30,326 nt of DNA, from the IMG/VR virus record IMGVR_UViG_3300034018_000714; one strand, 5' to 3'. The first letter of the stretch is position 1. Each line of letters begins with the position of its first letter. Source of the stretch: an uncultured virus (IMG/VR IMGVR_UViG_3300034018_000714) (Duplodnaviria > Heunggongvirae > Uroviricota > Caudoviricetes). The notes beneath the pieces are model-generated. The model was not told the origin of the DNA and did no database searches. It saw only the letters and a list, made by a program, of their open reading frames with translations. Below, piece after piece: positions 8,980-16,706 of the stretch. A program made the position numbers and the translations under genes.

Positions 8980-9129
8980 AATCCGAACCGCCGTGTAGGT
9001 CGTGAAAAACAATACCCCTCACAACAGGGCGCCCAGCGTATTGGTGAGGAATTGTGGGGTCTTGTCGCACCAGACATGGACCTTGCGAGTGCCTTAAGTA
9101 AGCGCAAGAAGCAGTCCAAGAAAAAATAA
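8953..9129 (+). CDS. hypothetical protein, MARGENTAN paralog 2 (58 aa, basic tail)
   Basis: Same RBS and first 9 codons as 8714 gene; TAATG coupling to next; missing from ORF track. Confidence 0.7.
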   Translation: MARGENTANNPNRRVGREKQYPSQQGAQRIGEELWGLVAPDMDLASALSKRKKQSKKK

Positions 9130-9437
9130 TGGCTCAGTACCCCTCTAAGCCATGGCAGTCACGACAAGAGATGCTCGTAGACATGGCTCTACAGAGTGCG
9201 ATCTCTACACCCGAACAGATTCGGGCGATTCGTCCTGTGGTGCCACAACAATTGTTTCCAGAGTCTAGAGGAATGCTTAAGCAAGAGATGGGCGTAGCAG
9301 ATGCACTTACTATTGATCGCAATTTTCCGACATATCGTTCGTGGGTTTCGGGAGCCCCTGTGATGTTCCGTAATGGTTTCATCGCAGATGAGTTCTCTGG
9401 GTCTTCACGCTACTCAATGCAAAGTTTGTCAATCTAA
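9129..9437 (+). CDS. hypothetical protein
   Basis: Coupled start and stop. Confidence 0.65.
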   Translation: MAQYPSKPWQSRQEMLVDMALQSAISTPEQIRAIRPVVPQQLFPESRGMLKQEMGVADALTIDRNFPTYRSWVSGAPVMFRNGFIADEFSGSSRYSMQSLSI

Positions 9438-9763
9438 TGCCTAGTTATCAACAAGGAATACAACCACCTACCAGTCTAGGGTTTCAACCAAAAAAGTGGA
9501 AAGAACCCGAAACCCCTGCCATCAAGAGCGTGGTATGGAAATCACCAAGTGTTGGAGCCACCCGTGACTACGGCAGTACACCTAGCGAAGTGGCTACCAT
9601 GCCACATCGTTGGGTATACCCTGAAAAACAATTGTCAAAGAGAAAAAAAGAAGACGAAGAGGAAGGTCCAGCGACTGGTTCTTCGGGTAGCCGAACAATG
9701 CAGCGTGGTAGAGCAATCTACGATGCCTACAGAACCTACAGAGGATCTAGAACAACTCCCTAG
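9437..9763 (+). CDS. hypothetical protein
   Basis: TAATG coupling. Confidence 0.6.
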   Translation: MPSYQQGIQPPTSLGFQPKKWKEPETPAIKSVVWKSPSVGATRDYGSTPSEVATMPHRWVYPEKQLSKRKKEDEEEGPATGSSGSRTMQRGRAIYDAYRTYRGSRTTP

Positions 9764-9822
9764 ATTCTGTCCCTTGATAACTGGTAAAATAGTAAGCACA
9801 ACGATTTAACCTAAGGAACACT

Positions 9823-10029
9823 ATGGCAGTTAATGACTCTAGATCAATGAACCGTGACCTGCGTCTTGGCGCTACTGACGGTAAGTTCAAGTCCCTCACA
9901 CCAGACCGTGGTGGTGAGGTTGACCCCACCCATGCAACAAAGCGCATGCACGAAGTATCGGCTACCTACCCAACAGGTGAGCAGTACAGCATCATTGATC
10001 GTCACCCACTGGCTGATTCGGGTATCTAA
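9823..10029 (+). CDS. hypothetical protein
   Basis: AAGGA RBS; upstream TAAAAT at 9785. Confidence 0.65.
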   Translation: MAVNDSRSMNRDLRLGATDGKFKSLTPDRGGEVDPTHATKRMHEVSATYPTGEQYSIIDRHPLADSGI

Positions 10030-10244
10030 TGGCGAACATGTACCCTTGGCTTGAGTCCTATGGTCACCCAAGTAAAGACATCAAGATTGACCACCATGTA
10101 AGCGGTCAGAAGTCTTCTGTTTACAAGCGCAACCTTCACTACGGTACATTCCACGGACCAGATGCTCCTGTCAATGCACGAAACATGGCACACATCATCC
10201 ACAATGATGAGTCTGTTCGTGCAGACAATTCACCTATCGTCTAA
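10029..10244 (+). CDS. hypothetical His-rich protein
   Basis: TAATG coupling. Confidence 0.6.
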   Translation: MANMYPWLESYGHPSKDIKIDHHVSGQKSSVYKRNLHYGTFHGPDAPVNARNMAHIIHNDESVRADNSPIV

Positions 10245-10294
10245 CCTACATAAACATGTGCTAGGCTTCTTAGAAACTATCTAAGGAGTACCAA

Positions 10295-10762
10295 ATGGCA
10301 GAGACAGGTTTTGACCGTATTCTTATTTGTAAGACACACGGCGTTATGTACAAGATGCGTCCCTATGACGGACCTGCTGAGTACGACCAAGAACTAATTG
10401 AACTTTGTAATAGGCACAATGGTCAGGTACAAGATCCTGACAACTGCCGTGCACTTATCTACCGTGTTGACCCAGATACAGCCAGCAAACTGGATGTTGA
10501 AACGGCGCTCAAAGGTGAATTAGCAGAACAAGATGTCTACATCCGTGAGACACGAGACGACCTAAAGGTTCAGGCTCTCAAGTGCTTTAACCAGCACAAT
10601 CGTCCAGAAGGTGGTTGCCCTGACTGGTGTGATGAATCCAAGACCATCGGACGCAAGACTGGTGTACCGCCAGAACATCGTCAGTACATCTGTATGTATT
10701 GCCCAGTAGGTGCATGGGTTGCTCACCAAGAGCGCAAAGAGATGGGTCTTTACGGCAAGTGA
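10295..10762 (+). CDS. hypothetical Cys/His-rich (probable Zn-binding) protein
   Basis: AAGGAG RBS; CKTH, CNRH, CFNQH..CPDWC, CMYCP. Confidence 0.75.
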   Translation: MAETGFDRILICKTHGVMYKMRPYDGPAEYDQELIELCNRHNGQVQDPDNCRALIYRVDPDTASKLDVETALKGELAEQDVYIRETRDDLKVQALKCFNQHNRPEGGCPDWCDESKTIGRKTGVPPEHRQYICMYCPVGAWVAHQERKEMGLYGK

Positions 10763-11235
10763 TTGTCTTTGGCTTTGATGTTCTTGCACACCCAGGTGAT
10801 GAACTAGGAGCAAGACAGCCCACCCGTGAGGGACGACAACTTTGGAACATGATGTTCTCAAAGTACGAAGGACGCATCTGTGTGCTTGCACACGGAATTG
10901 AAGACAATAAAACACCTATACTAATGGAATGGCTCAAAAAAGAGGGCTACAAGGCAGGAGCGATTGACCTAACTTATGAAATATCTCCCGATGCCAAACT
11001 GGAGCGTGTTCGTGGTATCCAAGCAGGATACGGAAGAATTGACTGGTTCGTTGACAGCGATCCAGCCACCGTTACTAGAGTCATTCACGAAGGAATTGCA
11101 TCCCTCCTCGTCACAATTCCAAGTATCCCTAGACCTGAATGGGTTGAAGGACGAACCATCAGAGGATGGGACGAACTCTCTCAAGAACTTGACGCCCAAG
11201 CACTTGCCAAAGCAGAACGATCATGGAAGGATTGA
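10759..11235 (+). CDS. HAD-fold-like hypothetical protein
   Basis: GTGA coupling; N-terminal IVFGFDVL and WFVDSDP resemble degenerate HAD motifs I and IV. Confidence 0.55.
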   Translation: MIVFGFDVLAHPGDELGARQPTREGRQLWNMMFSKYEGRICVLAHGIEDNKTPILMEWLKKEGYKAGAIDLTYEISPDAKLERVRGIQAGYGRIDWFVDSDPATVTRVIHEGIASLLVTIPSIPRPEWVEGRTIRGWDELSQELDAQALAKAERSWKD

Positions 11236-11239
11236 TGAC

Positions 11240-11494
11240 ATGACAGACATGAACAACCTTGACATTGATTTTGATGAGTGGATGGAGTACGGCATTAAAA
11301 AGGGCTTCTGTGGTCCAGCCGTGTGCTACACCCATGATGGACTTCCTATGTCCGATGAAGAGTGGATGGAAGAAGAAGCCAGTGGTGAGCCTCCCTGCAT
11401 GCATATCATCCGCCTTTACGAGGACGATGTGCAGAAAAAGCAAATTGAAGACATGCACGCACCATCCGTGTGGCGAAACCATTATCGGGACTGA
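11240..11494 (+). CDS. hypothetical acidic Cys/His protein
   Basis: GFCGPAVCYTHDGLP...PCMHIIRLY. Confidence 0.65.
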   Translation: MTDMNNLDIDFDEWMEYGIKKGFCGPAVCYTHDGLPMSDEEWMEEEASGEPPCMHIIRLYEDDVQKKQIEDMHAPSVWRNHYRD

Positions 11495-11500
11495 GGTGCC

Positions 11501-11680
11501 GTGGCTGTTAAAAACTCTTTTGCTAATCAGGTTCGTATTGCCTTAATCGTTGCTAAGTCATTGCTTAAAAAAGCAACAGAGACTAATGAGATTTCACGAG
11601 AACAAAGTGAACTTGTGCAAGAGCATCTCAACTCTGCGTACACAATAATTAAACAAGTGTTGAGCAAGGAAACCGATTGA
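11501..11680 (+). CDS. hypothetical protein (59 aa)
   Basis: GAGG-GTG start; TTGA overlap with next gene; missing from ORF track. Confidence 0.55.
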   Translation: MAVKNSFANQVRIALIVAKSLLKKATETNEISREQSELVQEHLNSAYTIIKQVLSKETD

Positions 11681-13113
11681 AAGTCTTTTTTGGTGGAGCC
11701 GAGAAGGGCTCTTACCGCTCCATCCTCTTAAGCGCAGGTGTTACCAGATTTGGTATCAACTTAACCCACTACGCTGTTCCTAAGAAGAAACTGCTTGATC
11801 TTGCAACGGTGTATCAGGGGAACGACATCATCCTGTATGTCTCAGAGAATGATGAAGACTTGGCTCGCTATGATTCATTTGTGCGTGAGCACATTGATAG
11901 TTTGACCTATGTGATTGGACGACCCGATTACGATGGCGCATGGATGGGTGAAAAATATGTACCTATCTGGAATGACCCTGATGACTTAGAGCGTCTCCAA
12001 TGGCTGTGTCAGAAGTATGGTCGTGTGGCTGTCAGTGATCGTGCCATCACAGGCAAAACCATCAACCGAATTGGTCAGATCGCTACACGATGGTCAACCC
12101 AATTAATTGGTCTTACCTCTAAACCAGATGTCATTGAGAAGATCAACTGGGAGTCCGTTGTAGTCGTCTCATGGTCTAGCGCACTGCGCTACGGAGAGAC
12201 TCAGGTGTGGGATGGGCACGCACTGCACCGCTACCCCGCACAACAAAAAGAGAGCGCACGCAAGAGACACCGCAACGACATCCAGCGTCTTGGTGTGGAC
12301 TACAACGCCGTCCTTGAAGATGAAGTAAACGCTGTGGCACACCTTGCTATCCAATCGTGGAGAGCATGGGAAACTAAAAACTTTGGGGGCTATGACCTTA
12401 TGAATGTTGATGACGAAGAAGAGTTCACACTCACTGATGACAATCAAATCATAATGATTTCAGGGGATACCCCAAACCCCCAAAGTGTGGCACCGAGGGG
12501 TACAAACATTGTTCCACAGGTACCTAATAAGCGGCACGAAGGCAAAAGAACATTGCTCCCTGTTATGGGCATTGACACCATCACATCAATGGGCTCACAA
12601 ACCCTTGATAATGAAGGGGAATCTATTGAAGTAGACCCTGAACAAGTGTCTATTTTGAAGTACAACGCAGACCCTTTGAGGCAGTGCAATCATTGTTACT
12701 TGGCAAGTCGTTGTCCACAATTTGAGGAAAATAGTGAGTGTGCGTTTTCTTTGCCCATTGAGATCCGCACAAAGGATCAGTTGAACTCTGCAATGCGTGC
12801 TCTGGTAGAGATGCAAGTGGGTCGTGTGATGTTCGCAAGGTTCGCTGAAGAACTAGAAGGTCAAGGTATTGACACCACACTCTCCGTTGAGATGGATCGT
12901 GTCTTCACCATGATTGAGAAGTTAAAGAGCATCTCCGATACACGAGACACAGTGAGTTTTACGATGGAAGCAAAGGGCACCAGCGGTGTTCTTTCTCGCT
13001 TGTTCGGCGCCAAGGCAGGGGAGCAGGCACGCCAGTTGCCTAATGGTGGCTATGACGAGATTGCTACCAACAACATGTATGCAGATATCATTGACATGTC
13101 TGAAGAGGGTTGA
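11677..13113 (+). CDS. large hypothetical protein; possible TGT/DpdA-like N-domain plus Cys-cluster C-domain
   Basis: AAGGA-TTG start; VPIWN..D, GL and SWSSALRYG motifs; QCNHCYLASRCPQFEENSEC cluster. Confidence 0.6.
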   Translation: MKVFFGGAEKGSYRSILLSAGVTRFGINLTHYAVPKKKLLDLATVYQGNDIILYVSENDEDLARYDSFVREHIDSLTYVIGRPDYDGAWMGEKYVPIWNDPDDLERLQWLCQKYGRVAVSDRAITGKTINRIGQIATRWSTQLIGLTSKPDVIEKINWESVVVVSWSSALRYGETQVWDGHALHRYPAQQKESARKRHRNDIQRLGVDYNAVLEDEVNAVAHLAIQSWRAWETKNFGGYDLMNVDDEEEFTLTDDNQIIMISGDTPNPQSVAPRGTNIVPQVPNKRHEGKRTLLPVMGIDTITSMGSQTLDNEGESIEVDPEQVSILKYNADPLRQCNHCYLASRCPQFEENSECAFSLPIEIRTKDQLNSAMRALVEMQVGRVMFARFAEELEGQGIDTTLSVEMDRVFTMIEKLKSISDTRDTVSFTMEAKGTSGVLSRLFGAKAGEQARQLPNGGYDEIATNNMYADIIDMSEEG

Positions 13114-13139
13114 CAAGGCTAATAGCACACCTGTACACT
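13110..13139 (+). promoter_or_regulatory. sigma70/SigA-type promoter
   Basis: TTGACA-18 nt-TACACT upstream of GAAGGA-ATG 13166. Confidence 0.7.
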
Positions 13140-13165
13140 TCCACGCAAATCGGAAGGACACCATC

Positions 13166-13453
13166 ATGGATTATGAAAAACTGTCAAAAGGCTATTACGA
13201 ACAGCGCCAGAAGAACAGCCTAGAGGAACACTTGAAGTACCAGAAGTCTCTTGAGAAGTTCCCCAATGGCTACGAGAACAAGAGAGAAGAATCCCCAGCG
13301 CCTGTAGAGGTTGACTACAGCATTGTCAGGATGCCTGATGGTGGATATGTAGTTGCTCGTTCACGAAATCTCGGTTCTTTGGATTATGACTTTGTATGTT
13401 CATGCTCCAGTCGCCATGAGGCTCATGAGATCGTAAAGGCTCTCAGCAAGTGA
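13166..13453 (+). CDS. hypothetical protein
   Basis: RBS plus ATG 13166; GTGA coupling to next gene. Confidence 0.65.
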   Translation: MDYEKLSKGYYEQRQKNSLEEHLKYQKSLEKFPNGYENKREESPAPVEVDYSIVRMPDGGYVVARSRNLGSLDYDFVCSCSSRHEAHEIVKALSK

Positions 13454-14052
13454 TTACAGATGTTGCTATTGATGTAGACGGGGTGTTGTTTGACTTTGCT
13501 GGTGTTGTCACCAAGCATTTTTCTGATTACTTCGGAACAGAACTTCCAGCGCCAAAGAACTGGGAGTTCTTTGAAGAGTGGGGTCTTTCAGCAGAAGCCT
13601 TCTACACACTTCTTGACCATCTCACCGTTGAAAGAGAGATTTTTAATGAAGGCTCACCAATACCTAAAACCATGGTTGGATGGCAAGCAATGCGGGAACA
13701 AGGACTGCGGTTGCATGTCATCACCCACAGATCATGGTCAGCCCATGCCCAAACCATCCAGTGGCTTGAGCGATACCGACTCATCCCAGACAGTCTCCAC
13801 TTCACAGGAGACAAAGCCCCAGTCTTAGCGTCTATCGCAAGCGATGAGTTTGCAGCCATTGATGACCACTACGACCAGTATGCCCACTACAAGGCATACG
13901 ACACCAAGGCTTTCTTATTCACACAGCCATGGAATGCTGGACACCCAGGTCGCCGTGTTTCTAATCTCGTAGAGTTTGCCGATGCAATCAAGTTGTACAA
14001 CCAATACTGGTCAGCGGAGAACGCTTACACATTGATGGATCAGGTGTTCTGA
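13450..14052 (+). CDS. HAD-superfamily 5'(3')-deoxyribonucleotidase-like phosphatase
   Basis: IDVDGVL motif I, VITHR motif II, GDK, AIDD motif IV, QPWN. Confidence 0.85.
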   Translation: MITDVAIDVDGVLFDFAGVVTKHFSDYFGTELPAPKNWEFFEEWGLSAEAFYTLLDHLTVEREIFNEGSPIPKTMVGWQAMREQGLRLHVITHRSWSAHAQTIQWLERYRLIPDSLHFTGDKAPVLASIASDEFAAIDDHYDQYAHYKAYDTKAFLFTQPWNAGHPGRRVSNLVEFADAIKLYNQYWSAENAYTLMDQVF

Positions 14053-14429
14053 TGTCTGAGAATTATCGTTCAAAGATTCTGATGGACGCTGTTGAAATTA
14101 TTAACGGCGCTCGCAACAACGACTACGGAGATCCAGTAGACGACTTCAGCACCACAGCGGAGTTTTGGCAGACATACCTTGACCGAACAATGAAGGCTCG
14201 CAAGGGTCTTGATCTTCGTGCACACGATGTTGCTGTCATGATGATGCTTCTGAAGATCGCTCGCATCTCATGGACTCCTGAGAAGGAAGACCATTGGATG
14301 GACATCGCTGGCTATGACGGCTGCGGATGGGACTGCGTAGTCCGTCAGGATGACCTGACCGAGCCACAATGCGAGTACTGCCTCAACGGCTGGGCATGTG
14401 ACTGCGGTCAGGCTAACCCCGACTTCTGA
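14052..14429 (+). CDS. DUF6378-like protein
   Basis: A.EIING.RN.DYGDP..F...A.FW..YL..DVA.MM.LLK.AR...D.W.DIAGY. Confidence 0.8.
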   Translation: MSENYRSKILMDAVEIINGARNNDYGDPVDDFSTTAEFWQTYLDRTMKARKGLDLRAHDVAVMMMLLKIARISWTPEKEDHWMDIAGYDGCGWDCVVRQDDLTEPQCEYCLNGWACDCGQANPDF

Positions 14430-14431
14430 TG

Positions 14432-14800
14432 TCAGCGCAAGAAGGGCTTAGATTGTTTGACCGACCGAGCGACTTCTACAAGGCTCTCATCAATACGACC
14501 GACCATGAGTTCGGCGTCCAAACGAGACTTGTCAATCTTCTCAACGATGATTCGCTTCCACTGAGCAGGCTTGAGAAGTTCCTTCAAGACATCCTCGTTC
14601 CAAACAACTGTGTTGCTCTGGATGAGGTTGACCTTGCCGAGTTCTGTCTCAGCCTTAGTGAGACCTGCTTGGTTGAGTTCGCTAATGACCACTGCATCAA
14701 GATCCTTGAGGCGCTCTGTGAGCGTGTCAAGTTCAGCCTTGAGACGAATGCGTTCGTTAACGAGGGTGGATAGGGACTGGGTATTTGTGTTGGTTGTCAT
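14432..14800 (-). CDS. coiled-coil phage protein (Gam/Gp157-like, tentative)
   Basis: N-terminal heptads, VVWNEDVLKELL..IDKSRL; lone - strand gene in + block. Confidence 0.65.
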   Translation of the reverse strand: MTTNTNTQSLSTLVNERIRLKAELDTLTERLKDLDAVVISELNQAGLTKAETELGKVNLIQSNTVVWNEDVLKELLKPAQWKRIIVEKIDKSRLDAELMVGRIDESLVEVARSVKQSKPFLR

Positions 14801-14821
14801 GGTTTGCACCTTATCTGCTAG

Positions 14822-14838
14822 GTGTGTCAAAGACACAC
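14822..14838. promoter_or_regulatory. perfect inverted repeat (operator-like) between divergent genes
   Basis: GTGTGTC-AAA-GACACAC, overlapping a - strand TTGACA. Confidence 0.45.
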
Positions 14839-14860
14839 TGATTTATTAATTGGAGACTGT

Positions 14861-15265
14861 ATGGAAGAAGAATGGCGCCTAAAGGCTCTATGCCACAAGA
14901 GGAACAACGAGTTTTGGTTCCCACCCATGGAGGCGGATGCACCAGAGCAGTACTACTCCATAGCGAGGGAGATATGTCGTTGCTGTCCCTTGTGGGAGAA
15001 GTGTCTAAAAGACGGTTTAAACGAGAAATGGGGCATGTGGGGAGGACTCACACCCAAAGACCGCCAGCCCATTAAGGACGGCAAGCAGTCCCTTCTGAAG
15101 GCTCATGGCTCATGGGTTAGGTACCGACAGGGTTGTCGGTGTGATCTGTGTACAGAGGCTCACATTGAAAGTTTGAAGAATGTGAAGTTGAATATGAATG
15201 TTATTCCGTACATGAATGAGCCCGTAGGAGATTTGTCATCAGTTAGGTATGACATGATGGGATAA
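14861..15265 (+). CDS. whiB: WhiB-family transcription factor with extra C-terminal Zn-finger-like motif
   Basis: W...A.C...FFP-like, C..CP....C, GMWGGLT..DR; HG....Y..GCRC..C. Confidence 0.9.
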   Translation: MEEEWRLKALCHKRNNEFWFPPMEADAPEQYYSIAREICRCCPLWEKCLKDGLNEKWGMWGGLTPKDRQPIKDGKQSLLKAHGSWVRYRQGCRCDLCTEAHIESLKNVKLNMNVIPYMNEPVGDLSSVRYDMMG

Positions 15266-15286
15266 CCACCCTGTAAACTGGATACA

Positions 15287-15345
15287 GAAGCCCATACCAA
15301 GGATTTACCCCCTGAGACACCCGTGTCTCTCTTGGTGTGGGCTTC
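15287..15345 (+). promoter_or_regulatory. structured 5' leader upstream of rpf
   Basis: 15-bp stem GAAGCCCATACCAAG/CTTGGTGTGGGCTTC enclosing GAGACA-CCCG-TGTCTC; TAAACT at 15274-15279. Confidence 0.6.
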
Positions 15346-15375
15346 GTGCTTTATCCGCCTACAGAGGAGTACACC

Positions 15376-15945
15376 TTGTTGTTAGCACGCATTGGCTTAG
15401 TCGCCACACTTTCATTTCCATTAGGGATGCATGGAGCATCGGCACAAGGAGTGGAGGTGACGACTACAACCACTGTGGCTACGCCTGTGCACAGCACAAG
15501 CATCAACACGATGCATCCTGAACTACGGGCGCAACTAAAGACACGCAAAGTAGGATCAGTTCGTTTCTGGGAAGCAGTCTCATGGTGTGAGACCAACCAC
15601 AAGTGGAATGACGGTGGCTACTACGCAGGCGGTCTTGGTATCGCTCAGAGCGCATGGCGTGGATTCGGTGGCTGGCAGTTTGCAACTTCACCAAAGAACG
15701 CAACCAAAGAAGAGCAAATTATTGTTGCCAACAGAATCTCGTTCCTCGGATTCCAGACCAAGAATGTGTTCAGAACACTTGATGACAAGTTGAACAACAA
15801 GCCTTTCTTCCGACCAGCAATCGGCTGGCGCAGTTCAAAGAACTGGGGCAAGAATTGTATTAACTGGGAGACACGCAAACCATTGCGTGACCGCTACACA
15901 GAAGCAGGTATGGCGGAGTGGAAGAAGACTCGCCCCCAGCCATGA
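15376..15945 (+). CDS. resuscitation-promoting-factor (Rpf)-like transglycosylase with signal peptide
   Basis: GAGGAG-TTG start; WEAVSWCET...YAGGLGI..SAW..FGG...ATKEEQI.VA.RI with catalytic Glu; hydrophobic N-terminus ending ASA. Confidence 0.85.
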   Translation: MLLARIGLVATLSFPLGMHGASAQGVEVTTTTTVATPVHSTSINTMHPELRAQLKTRKVGSVRFWEAVSWCETNHKWNDGGYYAGGLGIAQSAWRGFGGWQFATSPKNATKEEQIIVANRISFLGFQTKNVFRTLDDKLNNKPFFRPAIGWRSSKNWGKNCINWETRKPLRDRYTEAGMAEWKKTRPQP

Positions 15946-16163
15946 GTAGGTGCATACCCGTTGAAGACATCTTAGGAACCTCAGAGGTTGCTGAGGTGCT
16001 CGGTGTCAGCAAGCAACGCATTCACTCACTGCGTCAGATGAATGAGTTCCCAGAGCCTGTGGTGCAGTTAGCATCCACTCCTTTGTGGGATCGTAAAGAT
16101 GTTGTATCATTTTTGGCAATATGGAAACCATGGAAGGTAATCAACAATGAGTTACAGATATGA
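15942..16163 (+). CDS. AlpA/excisionase-like HTH DNA-binding protein
   Basis: LGTSEVAEVLGVSKQRI...FPEPV..L...PLW. Confidence 0.8.
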   Translation: MSRCIPVEDILGTSEVAEVLGVSKQRIHSLRQMNEFPEPVVQLASTPLWDRKDVVSFLAIWKPWKVINNELQI

Positions 16164-16302
16164 ATGTCCATCGTGCAAGGTTGCCATGAGTACGAATCTC
16201 TCACTATCAACTCCGCCAGTGCACAAGTGCCAGAAGAAAGCCAACAGGGTGATCCCGTTGGAACTGGTAGAGAAGACAAAAGAAGAGCCCCCCACCGAAT
16301 AG
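16147..16302 (+). CDS. small zinc-ribbon-like protein (51 aa)
   Basis: YRYECPSC...PVHKC; missing from ORF track. Confidence 0.5.
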   Translation: MSYRYECPSCKVAMSTNLSLSTPPVHKCQKKANRVIPLELVEKTKEEPPTE

Positions 16303-16317
16303 GCAGGGGGCTTCTTC
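16282..16317. terminator. hairpin at convergence of + and - gene blocks (probable terminator)
   Basis: GAAGAGCCCCC...GGGGGCTTCTTC with pyrimidine-rich tails on both strands. Confidence 0.6.
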
Positions 16318-16328
16318 ATTGTTGGTTG

Positions 16329-16706
16329 CTACTCCACGCTGTCGGGGAATGGGAACTTGCGAGGACTGTTCGTAGAGACGAAGAAGTCAACACCACCCCA
16401 CACACCGTTACGCATGTCGTTCTGCTTTGCAAAGTTAAAACACTCTTTACGAACGGTGCATTGAGAGCAGAGAGCCTGAGCCTGAGCCACCATCATCGCA
16501 CGAGTGTTGTTGCGCTGTGCATTCTCGGTGAAGAAGATGGGAGTCATCTCAGACTGTCCCTTGCACTTGGCATGATCCCTCCATCGTCCATCATCCTCAA
16601 ACTTGAGGCTAGGAAGTTCAATGAAGTTGGTTGTGTCGTAATCCGTCAGGCGTACACGGCGGACGACAGGGGGCTTGACGCCCCCTGCCTCTGTAACCGC
16701 ATCCAT
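16329..16706 (-). CDS. whiB: WhiB-family transcription factor
   Basis: WRDHAKC..IFF..A.ALCSQCTVRKEC...GVWGG. Confidence 0.9.
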   Translation of the reverse strand: MDAVTEAGGVKPPVVRRVRLTDYDTTNFIELPSLKFEDDGRWRDHAKCKGQSEMTPIFFTENAQRNNTRAMMVAQAQALCSQCTVRKECFNFAKQNDMRNGVWGGVDFFVSTNSPRKFPFPDSVE

